Below the pieces are notes generated by a model, which was not told the DNA's origin, ran no database searches, and was given only the letters and a program-made list of their open reading frames with translations. Source: an uncultured Actinomycetota bacterium (lineage in GTDB: Bacteria > Actinomycetota > Actinomycetes > Propionibacteriales > Nocardioidaceae). From it: a DNA stretch of 64,000 bases. The stretch covers positions 84,284 to 148,283 of the forward strand of contig CAWGTG010000001.1 of assembly GCA_963825455.1 (NCBI GenBank), written 5' to 3'. Each line of letters begins with the position of its first letter. Position 1 is the stretch's first letter. A program made the position numbers and the translations under genes. Positions 19,380-30,135 of this stretch are shown piece by piece.

Positions 19380-20066
19380 TCAGAGCTTGCGAACGAAGAT
19401 GTGCTCTGCCGCCTCGGGCACGATCTCTGCGGTCTCGCCGCCGGATCCGACCAGCACGCCCTCAGGCGTGGAGACCACGGTGATGGTCTTGTCCGGCAGC
19501 GCCCCGACGCGGCGCAGCGCGCTCATCAGCGACTCGTCCTTCTGCATCTCCTCGGAGATGCGCCGGACCAGCACCCGGCCCTCCTCGAAGGAGGCGGCCT
19601 CGGACAGCGACTCGACGCCGTCCATGAACTCCTCGCCCACCTTGGCCTCGCCGAGCTCGCCCAGCCCCGGGATCGGGTTGCCGTAGGGCGACTCGGTCGG
19701 GTGGTCGAGCAGCTCGACCAGGCGGCGCTCCACCGTCTCCGACATGACGTGCTCCCAGCGGCACGCCTCCTCGTGGACGAGCTCCCAGTCCAGGCCGATC
19801 ACGTCGGTGAGCAGCCGCTCCGCCAGCCGGTGCTTGCGCATGACCCGGGTCGCGAGCCGCATCCCCTCGTCGGTCAGCTCGAGGTGGCGGTCGCCCTCGA
19901 CGGTCAGCAGGCCGTCGCGCTCCATCCGGGCCACGGTCTGCGAGACGGTGGGGCCGCTCTGGTGCAGCCGCTCGGCGATCCGCGCGCGCAGCGGGACGAT
20001 GCCCTCCTCGACCAGCTCGTAGACGGTCCGGAGATACATCTCCGTGGTGTCGATGAGGTCGCTCAC
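19380..20066 (-). CDS. ideR: DtxR/IdeR iron-dependent repressor
   Basis: DTTEMYLRT, QSGPTVSQTV, RKHRLAERLL, HEEACRWEHV and SPYGNPIPG motifs. Confidence 0.93.
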   Translation of the reverse strand: MSDLIDTTEMYLRTVYELVEEGIVPLRARIAERLHQSGPTVSQTVARMERDGLLTVEGDRHLELTDEGMRLATRVMRKHRLAERLLTDVIGLDWELVHEEACRWEHVMSETVERRLVELLDHPTESPYGNPIPGLGELGEAKVGEEFMDGVESLSEAASFEEGRVLVRRISEEMQKDESLMSALRRVGALPDKTITVVSTPEGVLVGSGGETAEIVPEAAEHIFVRKL

Positions 20067-20131
20067 CTGTCCATTCTGTCCTACGAGGGGGTACCGAGCC
20101 GCACCACGGACAGCAGAGGGGAGGGGGCGAG

Positions 20132-21255
20132 ATGCCGAGGAGCGTGATGTGGTTCCGGCGCGACCTGCGCCTCGGCGACAACCCGGCGCTCCTCGAGGCC
20201 GTCGCCAACGGCCCGGTACTCCCTCTGTTCGTGCTCGACCCGGCGCTCTGGGGGCCGGCCGGGCCGTCCCGCCGCGCCTACCTCGGCGCCTCCCTGCGCG
20301 CGCTCGATGGCGAGCTGCGGCGCCGGAAGACCCGGCTCAGCGTGGTGCGTGGACAACCGGTACGCCGGGTGGTGCTGGCCGCCAGGACGGTCGGCGCCGA
20401 GCGGGTCCACGCGGCCGCCGACTTCGGTCCCTACGGGCACCAGCGGGACCTCGAGGTGGAGAAGGCCCTGGCCGACGCCGGCATCGAGCTCGTCCGCAGC
20501 GGGTCGTCGTACGCCGTCGCGCCCGGGCGGGTGACCAACCGATCGGGTGACCCGTACAAGGTCTACACGCCGTTCAGCAAGGCGTGGTCGGACCACGGGT
20601 GGCTCGGCCCGGTCGACCCGCCGACCGGCGCGAGCTGGCTCGCAAGCGCAGCGCCGGCGCGGCGACCTACCGCAAGGAGCTCGCGTGGCGCGAGTTCTAC
20701 GCCGACGTGTTGTTCCACCAGCCGCGGACCGCGCGCGAGTACCTCCGGCCGGAGTTCGCGCGGATGCCCTACGACCCGCCGGGAGACCAGCTGGAGGCGT
20801 GGCAGGAGGGGCGCACCGGCTTCCCCGTCGTGGACGCGGGCATGCGCCAGCTCCGCGCGACCGGCTGGATGCACAACCGGGTCCGGATGGTGGCGGCCAG
20901 CTTCCTGGTCAAGGACCTGCACGTGGAGTGGCAGCACGGCGCCCGGCACTTCATGCGGTGGCTGGTCGACGGCGACCTCGCCTCCAACCAGCACGGCTGG
21001 CAGTGGACCGCGGGCTGCGGCACCGACGCGGCGCCGTACTTCCGCGTCTTCAACCCGACCACCCAGGGCAGGAAGTTCGACCCCGACGGCCGCTACGTCC
21101 GGCAGTGGGTCGAGGAGCTGCGCGACCCGGACCGGGTGCCCGACCCCCACGGCCCCGACACGGAGACCCGCGACCTCGTCGGCTACCCGGGACCGATCGT
21201 CGACCACGCGCAGGAGCGGCAGGAGGCGCTCGACCGGTGGCAGGCCATTCGCTGA
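20132..21255 (+). pseudogene. phrB: CPD photolyase with an internal out-of-frame deletion at about 20635
   Basis: N-half WFRRDLRLGDNPAL...YKVYTPF; C-half ELAWREFY, GRTGFPVVDAGMRQL, GWMHNRVRM in another frame; TSxLSxxL segment absent. Confidence 0.8.
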
Positions 21256-21322
21256 CTTTGGTCAATACGACGTCGACCGCCGTCGGTTCCGGCAGCCAGG
21301 CGGCGTTCCTAGCGTCAGCGGC

Positions 21323-22315
21323 ATGCGCACGCGCTGGCTCCCGGTCCTCGCCCTCGCCGTCCTGGCGCCGGTGTGCGCGGAGTATCTCTGGGGCTACGAC
21401 GACTCCACCGGCCACCCCGGCACGCTCGTCGGGAACCTCATCATCTTCACGCCGCTCTACGGCTGCCCGGCGCTGCTCATCCGCGAGATGGCCCGCCGCC
21501 GCGGGCTGGGCTGGCCCGGGATCGTCTTGCTGGCCGCGGCGTTCGGCGTGGTCGAGGCGGGGCTGGTTGACCAGTCGATGTTCAGCCGCGACTACCGCGA
21601 CATCCCCTACTGGCACGACATCGCCGACCCGACGTACGTCGCGCCGATCGGGCTGAGCATCTTCCTGGCGGTCTCGTTCGTGGCCAACCACGTGATCGCG
21701 AGCGTGGCCGGGCCGATCGCGCTGGTCGAGGGCCTGGCCCGCCGGCGTCCGCGGGAGCCCTGGCTCGGTCGCCCGATGATCGTGGTCGCGACGCTGCTCT
21801 ACCTCGGCGCCTGCGCACTGGTGTACGCCGACATGCTGGACACGGAGGGCAGCATCGCCTCCCCCGGGCAGCTGGTGGGGGCGGGCGCCGCGGCGGCGCT
21901 GCTGGTCGCGGGCGCCCTGCTGAGTGGCCGACGGCCTCGCACCCAGCGTGCGGGGGCAACGCCGAGCCCCTGGCTGGTCGGGTCGGTCGCGTTCGTCGTG
22001 GGTCTCGGCTCGCAGACCTTGCCGCCGTCGCCGCTTGGGACCGACGTCCTGCTGACGATCTACGGGACGGCAGCCGCCGCCATCTGGTGGCTCTCCGGCC
22101 GGCCCGGCTGGGACCGCGCGCACGCCGCGGCGGTCGCGGTCGGCGCGTTGAGCGCGTTCGGGATCGGGGCCTTCTGGACCGACCCCATCGGCCAGGTCAC
22201 CGACGCCGAGAAGCTCGGCCACAACGTCGCCCTGCTCGTCCTCGTCAGCCTCGTCGGCGTTCTGGCGGTACGCAGGGGCGACAGTCGCAGGCAGCGCGTT
22301 AGCGTGGCGGCGTGA
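21323..22315 (+). CDS. multi-pass membrane protein of unknown function
   Basis: About 9 hydrophobic segments; LYGCPALLIRE and FGVVEAGLVDQS; TAGCGT -10, leaderless. Confidence 0.8.
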   Translation: MRTRWLPVLALAVLAPVCAEYLWGYDDSTGHPGTLVGNLIIFTPLYGCPALLIREMARRRGLGWPGIVLLAAAFGVVEAGLVDQSMFSRDYRDIPYWHDIADPTYVAPIGLSIFLAVSFVANHVIASVAGPIALVEGLARRRPREPWLGRPMIVVATLLYLGACALVYADMLDTEGSIASPGQLVGAGAAAALLVAGALLSGRRPRTQRAGATPSPWLVGSVAFVVGLGSQTLPPSPLGTDVLLTIYGTAAAAIWWLSGRPGWDRAHAAAVAVGALSAFGIGAFWTDPIGQVTDAEKLGHNVALLVLVSLVGVLAVRRGDSRRQRVSVAA

Positions 22316-23078
22316 GTCAGGACAGCCCTACGGACATCAGCGTCGACACCGAGCTCGTCATCGCCGGCCGGTTCCGAGGCCCGGCCAGGTCGGGCAACGG
22401 CGGCTACACCTGCGGGGCGCTCGCCGCGCTGGCGCCGTCGGACTGGGTCGCGACCACGGTCCGGCTCAGCCAGCCACCGCCGCTGGACGTCGCGATGACG
22501 GTCACCCGGTCCGTGGAGCTCCTGGTGGCGTCGTACGACGGAGCGGAGGTCGCGCGAGCCCTGCCTGCCGACCACGATCCGGAGCCGGTGCCGGCGGTCG
22601 ACGCCGCGACCGCGCGGGCCGCCGAGGCGGCGTACCCCGGCCTCACCTCGCACCCGTTCCCGACCTGCTTCTCGTGCGGGACCGGCCGCGAGCCCGGTGA
22701 CGGGCTGCGGATCTTCCCCGGTCCGGTGGCGGACGGGCGGGTCGCCGCGACCTGGACGCCTGAACAGAGCGTCACTGCCGACTGGCACGAGTACACCGAC
22801 GCCGCCCGCGAGGTCGGCCACGCCGTCACCTGGGCTGCGCTCGACTGTGCCGGTGGCTGGGCGGCCGACATCGGCGAGCGGTTGATGGTGCTCGGCACCA
22901 TGACGGCGCGGCTCCACTCGTTGCCCAAGGTGGGCGAGGAGCACGTCGTGGTGGGCGCGGCTCGCGGCGAGTCGGGTCGGAAGCGGATGAGCGCCGTGTC
23001 GCTGTACGACGCCGGTGGCGGGCTCGTCGGCACCGCCGAGCACGTCTGGATCGCCGTCGACCCGAAGGCCTTCAACTA

Positions 23079-23079
<1 letters not shown>
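22312..23079 (+). CDS. double-hotdog thioesterase-like protein
   Basis: FRGPARSGNGGY, HPFPTCFSCG and WAALDCAGG motifs. Confidence 0.7.
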
Positions 23080-24686
<1,607 letters not shown>

Positions 24687-24711
24687 AGGTCTCGTGACCT
24701 GAGGCCTGAGC

Positions 24712-24766
24712 CTGCGTCGCGAGCGAGGATGCTTTTCGCGAGCGCAGCTCGCGCGCCCCGCGGGGG
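24712..24766. repeat. partial palindromic element, family A, between convergent genes
   Basis: TTCGCGAGCGCAGCTCGCGCGCCCCGCG resembles 17837 and 31009. Confidence 0.5.
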
Positions 24767-24773
24767 TAGACAA

Positions 24774-25214
24774 TCAGTCGTTCAGCGAGAGGTTGTACTT
24801 CTCGAGCGTGGCGGCGAAGGTCTCCAGCTCGTCGGTGGTCCAGTCGCCCAGCCGCTCGTCGAACCACTTGCGTCGGTGCGCCATGACGTCGGCGAGCCGG
24901 CGCCGGGCGTCGTCGCTCGCGACGATGAGCGTGGCGCGGCCGTCGGCCGGGTCCGGCGTACGTTCCACCAGGCCGAGGTCGTCGAGGTGCTGGAGCTGCC
25001 GGCTGACCGCGCCCTTGTCGATGCCGAACTGCTCGACCATCTCCGACGCCCGGACCGGGCCCTCGTCCACGAGCCAGGACAGCATGAGGTACGACGCCGG
25101 CTGGAGGTCCTCGTGGACCGACCGGGCACGCTCACCGATGACCCGCCTGATCCGGCGGATGAGGACGCCGACCTCGCGTTCGAGATGGCGCAGGGAGTCG
25201 GCGCGGCTCGTCAT
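24774..25214 (-). CDS. MarR-family regulator
   Basis: IDKGAVSRQLQHL..LVERTPDPADGRA. Confidence 0.92.
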   Translation of the reverse strand: MTSRADSLRHLEREVGVLIRRIRRVIGERARSVHEDLQPASYLMLSWLVDEGPVRASEMVEQFGIDKGAVSRQLQHLDDLGLVERTPDPADGRATLIVASDDARRRLADVMAHRRKWFDERLGDWTTDELETFAATLEKYNLSLND

Positions 25215-26839
25215 CGGACGCCCGCTTCGACCCTGCCCTCGACCCGCACGGGGCCATTGTTGCCGATCGCGGCCTCCTCATGGTCCAGCGTGGTGCGCAG
25301 CGGCACCTCGCGGATGAAGAGGATGCAGACGAACGCGATCAGGGCGAACGGCGCCGCGACCAGGAACAGGTGACCGGTGGCCTCGCCGAACGCGCCCTCG
25401 TAGAGCGAGCGAACCGGCGCGGGCAGTGTGGCCAGGTCGGGGATCGTGCCGGTGCTGTGGTCGCCCTCGATGCCGAGGGCGGCCAGCCCGTCGGTGACCT
25501 TCTGGGTCACCTGGTGGCTGAGCAGTGCGCCCAGCGCGGAGACGCCGATCGAGCCGCCCATCGAGCGGAAGAACGAGACGACCGAGCTGGCGGCACCCAT
25601 GTCTGCCTGGGCGGTGTTGTTCTGGACGGCGAGGACGAGGTTCTGCATCGTGGCTCCGAGCCCGAGGCCGAGCAGCGCCATGAACGCGCCGACCTCGACC
25701 AAGGGGGTGGTGGCGTCGATGGTGCCGAGCAGGGTGATCCCGACGACCACCAGCGCCATGCCCCCGACCAGGTAGCGCTTCCACAGGCCGGTGTCGCTGA
25801 TGATCCGACCGGTCACGATGCTCGAGACGAGCAGGCCGCCGACCATCGCGACCGACATGAGGCCGGCCTCGGTCGGGCTCATGCCGCGGGCATTCTGGAA
25901 GTACTCGCTGAGGTAGACGGTCGCACCGAACATCGAGATGCCGATGAGGACCGAAGCCGCTGTGGCCAACGACGTGGTGCGGTCCCTGAACAGGCGCAGC
26001 GGGATGATCGGCTCGGCCGCGACCCTGGCCTCGACGTACGCCGCCGCCGCGATGACGAGCAGTCCGATGACGACCATCGCGGCGCTGGTCAGGGAGATCC
26101 AGTCGAACTGCTGGCCCGCCAGCGAGACCCACACGAGCAGGATGCTGACGCCGCCGACGATGAGCGTTGCGCCGAGGTAGTCGATCTGGACCGGGCGCGT
26201 CACGACCGGTAGGTGCAGCTTGGCCTGGAGCACCAGGAACGCCGCGACCGCGATAGGGAGGCCCACGAAGAAGGTGCCTCGCCAGCCCAGTGGCGAGTCG
26301 ACGATCAGGCCACCGATCAGCGGGCCGGAGACAGTGGCCAGTGCGAACGTCGCGCCGATGTAGCCGGAGTAGCGGCCGCGCTCGCGCGGGCTGACCATCG
26401 AGGCGATGACGACCTGCACCAGGGCGGTGAGGCCGCCGACACCGAGTCCCTGCACCAGGCGGGCGCCGATCAGGACCTGCATGTTGGGTGCGAGCGCCGC
26501 GATCAGCGACCCGACCGTGTAGATCACGAGCGCGGACTGGACGAGCAGCTTCTTGCTGAACAGGTCGGCCAGCTTGCCCCAGATCGGGGTGGTCGCGGTC
26601 ATCGCGAGCAGGGTGGCCACGACGACCCAGGTGTAGCCGGTCTGGCTGCCGTGCAGATCGCTGACGATCCGCGGCAGCGCGTTGGTCACCACGGTGCTCG
26701 ACAGCATCGCGACGAACATCGCGAGCAGCAGCCCGGACAGCGCCTCGAGCACCTCGCGGTGCGACATCTGACCGGAGGCCTCCACGGGTGACTCGTCGGG
26801 CGGTGTGGAAGGAGCGAGGGCGGGGCTGGTCTGGGTCAC
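25211..26839 (-). CDS. MFS drug-resistance transporter (DHA2)
   Basis: WGKLADLFSKK motif A, about 14 TM segments. Confidence 0.92.
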   Translation of the reverse strand: MTQTSPALAPSTPPDESPVEASGQMSHREVLEALSGLLLAMFVAMLSSTVVTNALPRIVSDLHGSQTGYTWVVVATLLAMTATTPIWGKLADLFSKKLLVQSALVIYTVGSLIAALAPNMQVLIGARLVQGLGVGGLTALVQVVIASMVSPRERGRYSGYIGATFALATVSGPLIGGLIVDSPLGWRGTFFVGLPIAVAAFLVLQAKLHLPVVTRPVQIDYLGATLIVGGVSILLVWVSLAGQQFDWISLTSAAMVVIGLLVIAAAAYVEARVAAEPIIPLRLFRDRTTSLATAASVLIGISMFGATVYLSEYFQNARGMSPTEAGLMSVAMVGGLLVSSIVTGRIISDTGLWKRYLVGGMALVVVGITLLGTIDATTPLVEVGAFMALLGLGLGATMQNLVLAVQNNTAQADMGAASSVVSFFRSMGGSIGVSALGALLSHQVTQKVTDGLAALGIEGDHSTGTIPDLATLPAPVRSLYEGAFGEATGHLFLVAAPFALIAFVCILFIREVPLRTTLDHEEAAIGNNGPVRVEGRVEAGVR

Positions 26840-26877
26840 TGGGTCCTGTCGGTCGATGCGGCGCACGAGATCATAAG

Positions 26878-26921
26878 GTTGACGTTGTCAACGGTATTCC
26901 CGAAGGTTGACAATAGTCAAC
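26878..26921. promoter_or_regulatory. tandem GTTGAC..GTCAAC palindromes, likely MarR operators of the MFS-marR operon
   Basis: GTTGAC-GTT-GTCAAC (26878-26892) and GTTGAC-AATA-GTCAAC (26906-26921). Confidence 0.7.
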
Positions 26922-26976
26922 CAACGAGGCCCAGATCACGGTTGACCGAATAGCACGACCGTGCGATTATGAGTAC

Positions 26977-27564
26977 GTGACCAAGGGCGAGGAGACCAGG
27001 GCGGCGATCCTCGATGCCGCTGTGGCGATCGCCTCCGAGGTCGGGTTCACCGGGCTCACCATCGGCCAGCTCGCCGAGCACACGGGGATGAGCAAGAGCG
27101 GGCTGTTCGCGCACTTCAGGTCCAAGGAAGCGATGCAGCTCGAGACGCTCGAGTGGGCCCGCGAGCGGTTCACCGACCTCGTCATCCGGCCGACGCTCGC
27201 CGCGCCCCGGGGAGAGACGCGGGTCCGGGCCCTCTTCGACCGGTGGCTCGACTGGGAGACCCAGGCTCTTCAGGGCGGCTGCATCTTCGTGACAGCGTCG
27301 GCCGAGTTCGACGACCAACCGGGCGCCATGCGGGACGCCGTGGTGCGCAGCCAGCAGGACTGGATGGAGTTCGTCGCCACGGTGGCCGGCACTGCCGTGA
27401 CCGACGGTGACTTCAGGGCCGATCTCGACACCGAGCAGCTGGCCTTCACGCTCCAGGGCCTGATGCTCGGCTACCACCACGCCGCCCGGCTGATGCGCGA
27501 CCCGAAGGCACGCGAACACACCCGGCAGGCCCTCGACCAGCTGCTCGCGGCCAGCGCCGCCTGA
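26977..27564 (+). CDS. TetR-family regulator
   Basis: GLTIGQLAEHTGMSKSGLFAHFRSKE HTH; GGCIF motif. Confidence 0.93.
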   Translation: MTKGEETRAAILDAAVAIASEVGFTGLTIGQLAEHTGMSKSGLFAHFRSKEAMQLETLEWARERFTDLVIRPTLAAPRGETRVRALFDRWLDWETQALQGGCIFVTASAEFDDQPGAMRDAVVRSQQDWMEFVATVAGTAVTDGDFRADLDTEQLAFTLQGLMLGYHHAARLMRDPKAREHTRQALDQLLAASAA

Positions 27565-27587
27565 CCACACGACAAGGGAGACACCCC

Positions 27588-28484
27588 ATGGCATCACTGC
27601 GGAAAAGCACGATCGTTCGTTCTCGGAACCGGCTCATGCGGGCCTGGTTCGAGTACGCCGACTACGCGGCGCCCCGGCGCGCCGGGCGGGCGGCCTGCGA
27701 CCTGTGGTTCACGGCCCCGCCGCGGATGGCGGACGTGGAGCTGCCGGGCGGAGGTGCGGCGTTCGAGGTCGTGGCGCAGGGTCACCCCGTCCGCGGGTTC
27801 GTCTGGGGCGACGCGGCACACCCATCCACGACCGTCTACCTCGTGCACGGCTGGGGAGGTCGCGGCGCGCAGTTCGCCGCGATGGTGCCGCCCCTCCTGG
27901 AGGCCGGCCACCGCGTGGTCATGTTCGACGCACCGGCCCATGGTGACTCCGACCACGGACCAGCCGGACCGGGGCGGACCAACGGGGTGGAGTTCGCCAA
28001 GGCACTGGACGCCGTCTTCTGCCGGTTCGGGCCGGCCGAGGCGGTCGTGGCGCACTCGATGGGCACCATCTCGACCTACCTGGCGATGCGCTACGGGTGG
28101 CTCGGGGCAGCGCGCCTGGTGTTCATCGCACCCATGGTCGAGTCCGAGTCGTTGTTCGACCAGTTCCAGCGGGCGCTGGGTTTCGGCCCTCGCGTCCGGG
28201 CAGCGTTCGACCAAGCGGTCGACGAGTTCGTCGGCGTGGGGGTGCGCGAGTTCGACGCCCGCGTCCAGGCCCGGCACGTCGACGCGCTGCCCACACTGGT
28301 GATCACCGACCGTGGCGACCGGCAGACGGCGTACGCCGACGTGGTCGACTTCGCGGAGTCGATCAAAGCGCGGCTGGTCACGACCGACGGACTGGGGCAT
28401 CGCAAGATCCTGCGCGACCCGGCCGTCGTGGAGCGGGTGGTCGAGTTCGTCTGCCGCGACCGCGAGCTCGGCCGGACGGCCTAG
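27588..28484 (+). CDS. alpha/beta hydrolase
   Basis: LVHGWGG, FDAPAHG, AHSMG nucleophile elbow, GLGHRKIL. Confidence 0.9.
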   Translation: MASLRKSTIVRSRNRLMRAWFEYADYAAPRRAGRAACDLWFTAPPRMADVELPGGGAAFEVVAQGHPVRGFVWGDAAHPSTTVYLVHGWGGRGAQFAAMVPPLLEAGHRVVMFDAPAHGDSDHGPAGPGRTNGVEFAKALDAVFCRFGPAEAVVAHSMGTISTYLAMRYGWLGAARLVFIAPMVESESLFDQFQRALGFGPRVRAAFDQAVDEFVGVGVREFDARVQARHVDALPTLVITDRGDRQTAYADVVDFAESIKARLVTTDGLGHRKILRDPAVVERVVEFVCRDRELGRTA

Positions 28485-28489
28485 GCACA

Positions 28490-28692
28490 CATGCAGCAAC
28501 CCGCAGGCGTGGCCCCTGTGGAGGGGCCGCACCGGGGGACGTTCCCGGTTCGCCTGCGGGTCGGACAGCTGCTTTGGATTCGCCAGCAGCTCAGCGGACG
28601 ATTCCATCCGCCGTGTTGCTGGGGCTGCTAGCGGGCAGCCACCTCACGCGTCCTCAAAGAATTCATTCTTCGGACCACCTCCTTTCCCGTGT
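28490..28692 (-). ncRNA. candidate structured small RNA carrying an extended Shine-Dalgarno and a 12-codon ORF
   Basis: Own promoter; hairpins at 28623-28640, 28594-28611 and 28567-28591; three-way junction 28498-28562; no downstream gene on this strand; ends are inferred. Confidence 0.6.
28628..28666 (-). CDS. 12-aa micro-ORF MNSLRTREVAAR
   Basis: ATG AAT TCT TTG AGG ACG CGT GAG GTG GCT GCC CGC TAG, preceded by GAAAGGAGGTGGTCCGAAGA. Confidence 0.5.
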   Translation of the reverse strand: MNSLRTREVAAR

Positions 28693-28698
28693 ACGACG

Positions 28699-28727
28699 AG
28701 CGTAGGTCGCTCGGTCAAGAGCGGCAA
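28699..28727 (-). promoter_or_regulatory. sigma-70/SigA-type promoter of the candidate small RNA
   Basis: TTGCCG (28727-28722), 17-nt spacer, TACGCT (28704-28699). Confidence 0.6.
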
Positions 28728-28731
28728 CGGC

Positions 28732-30135
28732 TTATCCGGCGTCGCGGAGGGCCTCGACGGGAGCAACGGCGACCGCTCGGGACGACGGGACCCACGACGC
28801 GGCGAGGACCAGCAGCACGCCCGCCACCGCCACGGCGACGAGGACGACCCCCGGGACGCCCCAGACGAAGCCGTCGTTGCGGAACCCGATGAGCGACTGG
28901 GCGCCGAGTGCGCCGTACGTCAGACCGAGGACCATCCCGAAGCAGACGGCCGTGGCCGAGAGAGCGACCGACTCCTTGGTGATCATCGTGCGCACCTGGC
29001 CGGCGGTGAAGCCGAGCGCCCGTAGCAGCCCGATCTCCCGCGTGCGCTGGATGACGCCCAGCGACATGGTGCTCACGAACCCGACGGCGGCGATCAGGGA
29101 AGAGACCACCACGACGCCGATCATGACCGCGGAGACGTTGCGCAGGATGTCGTCCGCCTGAGCGGCCTCGGTCGGGGTCAGGTCCCACGAGTCCGACGCG
29201 CTGCGCAGGGCCGCGAAGCCGGCGGCGAACGTCGTCACCAGCGTCACCCCTATGACGAGTCCCATCGTCGAGCGCGTGGTGCGCCCTGGGTCCCGCACCG
29301 CGTTGCGCGCCGCCACCTTGCTCGGCGGGTCGCTGCCGAGCAGCCGGCTGGCCGCCGCGACCAGGCGGGGCACGACGAGCCGGGCGCCGACCAGCAAGCC
29401 GGTTCCGGAGAGCATCGCGCCCAGTGCGGCCGCCAGGAAGCCGATGGCGCTCCCGGACTCTCCGAGGGCGGCCGCGCCGGCGAGCACGACGGCACCGGCC
29501 ACGATGAGGAAGGCCGTGGCCAGTCGCCGGAGCCGGCTCGTGCGCGGGGTCTGCGGCGAGGGCACGGCGGCACCGGACAGCGCCTGTGCCGGGGTGGCGC
29601 GCAGCACGGCGCGCGAACCGACCCAGGCGGCGCCCGCCGCCGCGAGCGTCACCACCACCGCGGCCGGCGCCGCGAGCACCGGGAACTGCGAGTAGTCCCC
29701 GTCGGGCAGGCGGTCGGCCGCCACGAGCGCTGCGCGGGTGATGTCCCCGGTCAGCACGCCGAGCAGCACGCCGACGACGACGCCGATCGCCGCGACGACC
29801 GTGGTGCCGCGGACCACCGCCCGGCGGAGCGTTCGGGCATCCGCACCCAACAGCCTCAGCAGCGCGATCTGGCGCAGCCGCCCGGCGATGACCGTGTCCA
29901 CGCCGTTGACGATGACGACGGCGGAGACGTAGACGGCGACCGCGATGAAGACCGAGGCGACGACCCCCAGCACGACCCCCACGGCGCTGATGTCGCCGGC
30001 CTGATCCGAGTTCACCCTCAGGATGTCGCTGCCCACGAGCAGGGCGCCGGCGTAGAAGCCGCACATCGCGGCCACGAGCGCAACGGTCCCGAGCTCCCGC
30101 CGGGCGCCGAGCACGAGATCGCTGCGGGCACTCAT
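28732..30135 (-). CDS. FtsX-like ABC transporter permease
   Basis: RLRQIALLRLLGA and QRTREIGLLRALGF motifs, multiple TM segments. Confidence 0.9.
   Translation of the reverse strand: MSARSDLVLGARRELGTVALVAAMCGFYAGALLVGSDILRVNSDQAGDISAVGVVLGVVASVFIAVAVYVSAVVIVNGVDTVIAGRLRQIALLRLLGADARTLRRAVVRGTTVVAAIGVVVGVLLGVLTGDITRAALVAADRLPDGDYSQFPVLAAPAAVVVTLAAAGAAWVGSRAVLRATPAQALSGAAVPSPQTPRTSRLRRLATAFLIVAGAVVLAGAAALGESGSAIGFLAAALGAMLSGTGLLVGARLVVPRLVAAASRLLGSDPPSKVAARNAVRDPGRTTRSTMGLVIGVTLVTTFAAGFAALRSASDSWDLTPTEAAQADDILRNVSAVMIGVVVVSSLIAAVGFVSTMSLGVIQRTREIGLLRALGFTAGQVRTMITKESVALSATAVCFGMVLGLTYGALGAQSLIGFRNDGFVWGVPGVVLVAVAVAGVLLVLAASWVPSSRAVAVAPVEALRDAG

Noticed and set aside
20132-22315. 727-aa apparent photolyase-membrane protein fusion
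   Set aside because: Arises from the out-of-frame deletion; the middle is off-frame nonsense and the membrane gene has its own -10 box and ATG at 21323.
28498-28562. 6C RNA or a plain terminator
   Set aside because: The loops lack the runs of six or more C typical of 6C, and the structure is embedded in a larger promoter-SD-ORF unit. It may still also terminate the convergent hydrolase transcript.
28671-28690. GGACCACCTCCTTTCC on the plus strand as a 16S rRNA gene fragment
   Set aside because: The flanking sequence does not resemble 16S helix 45 or an ITS; better explained as an extended SD on the minus strand.
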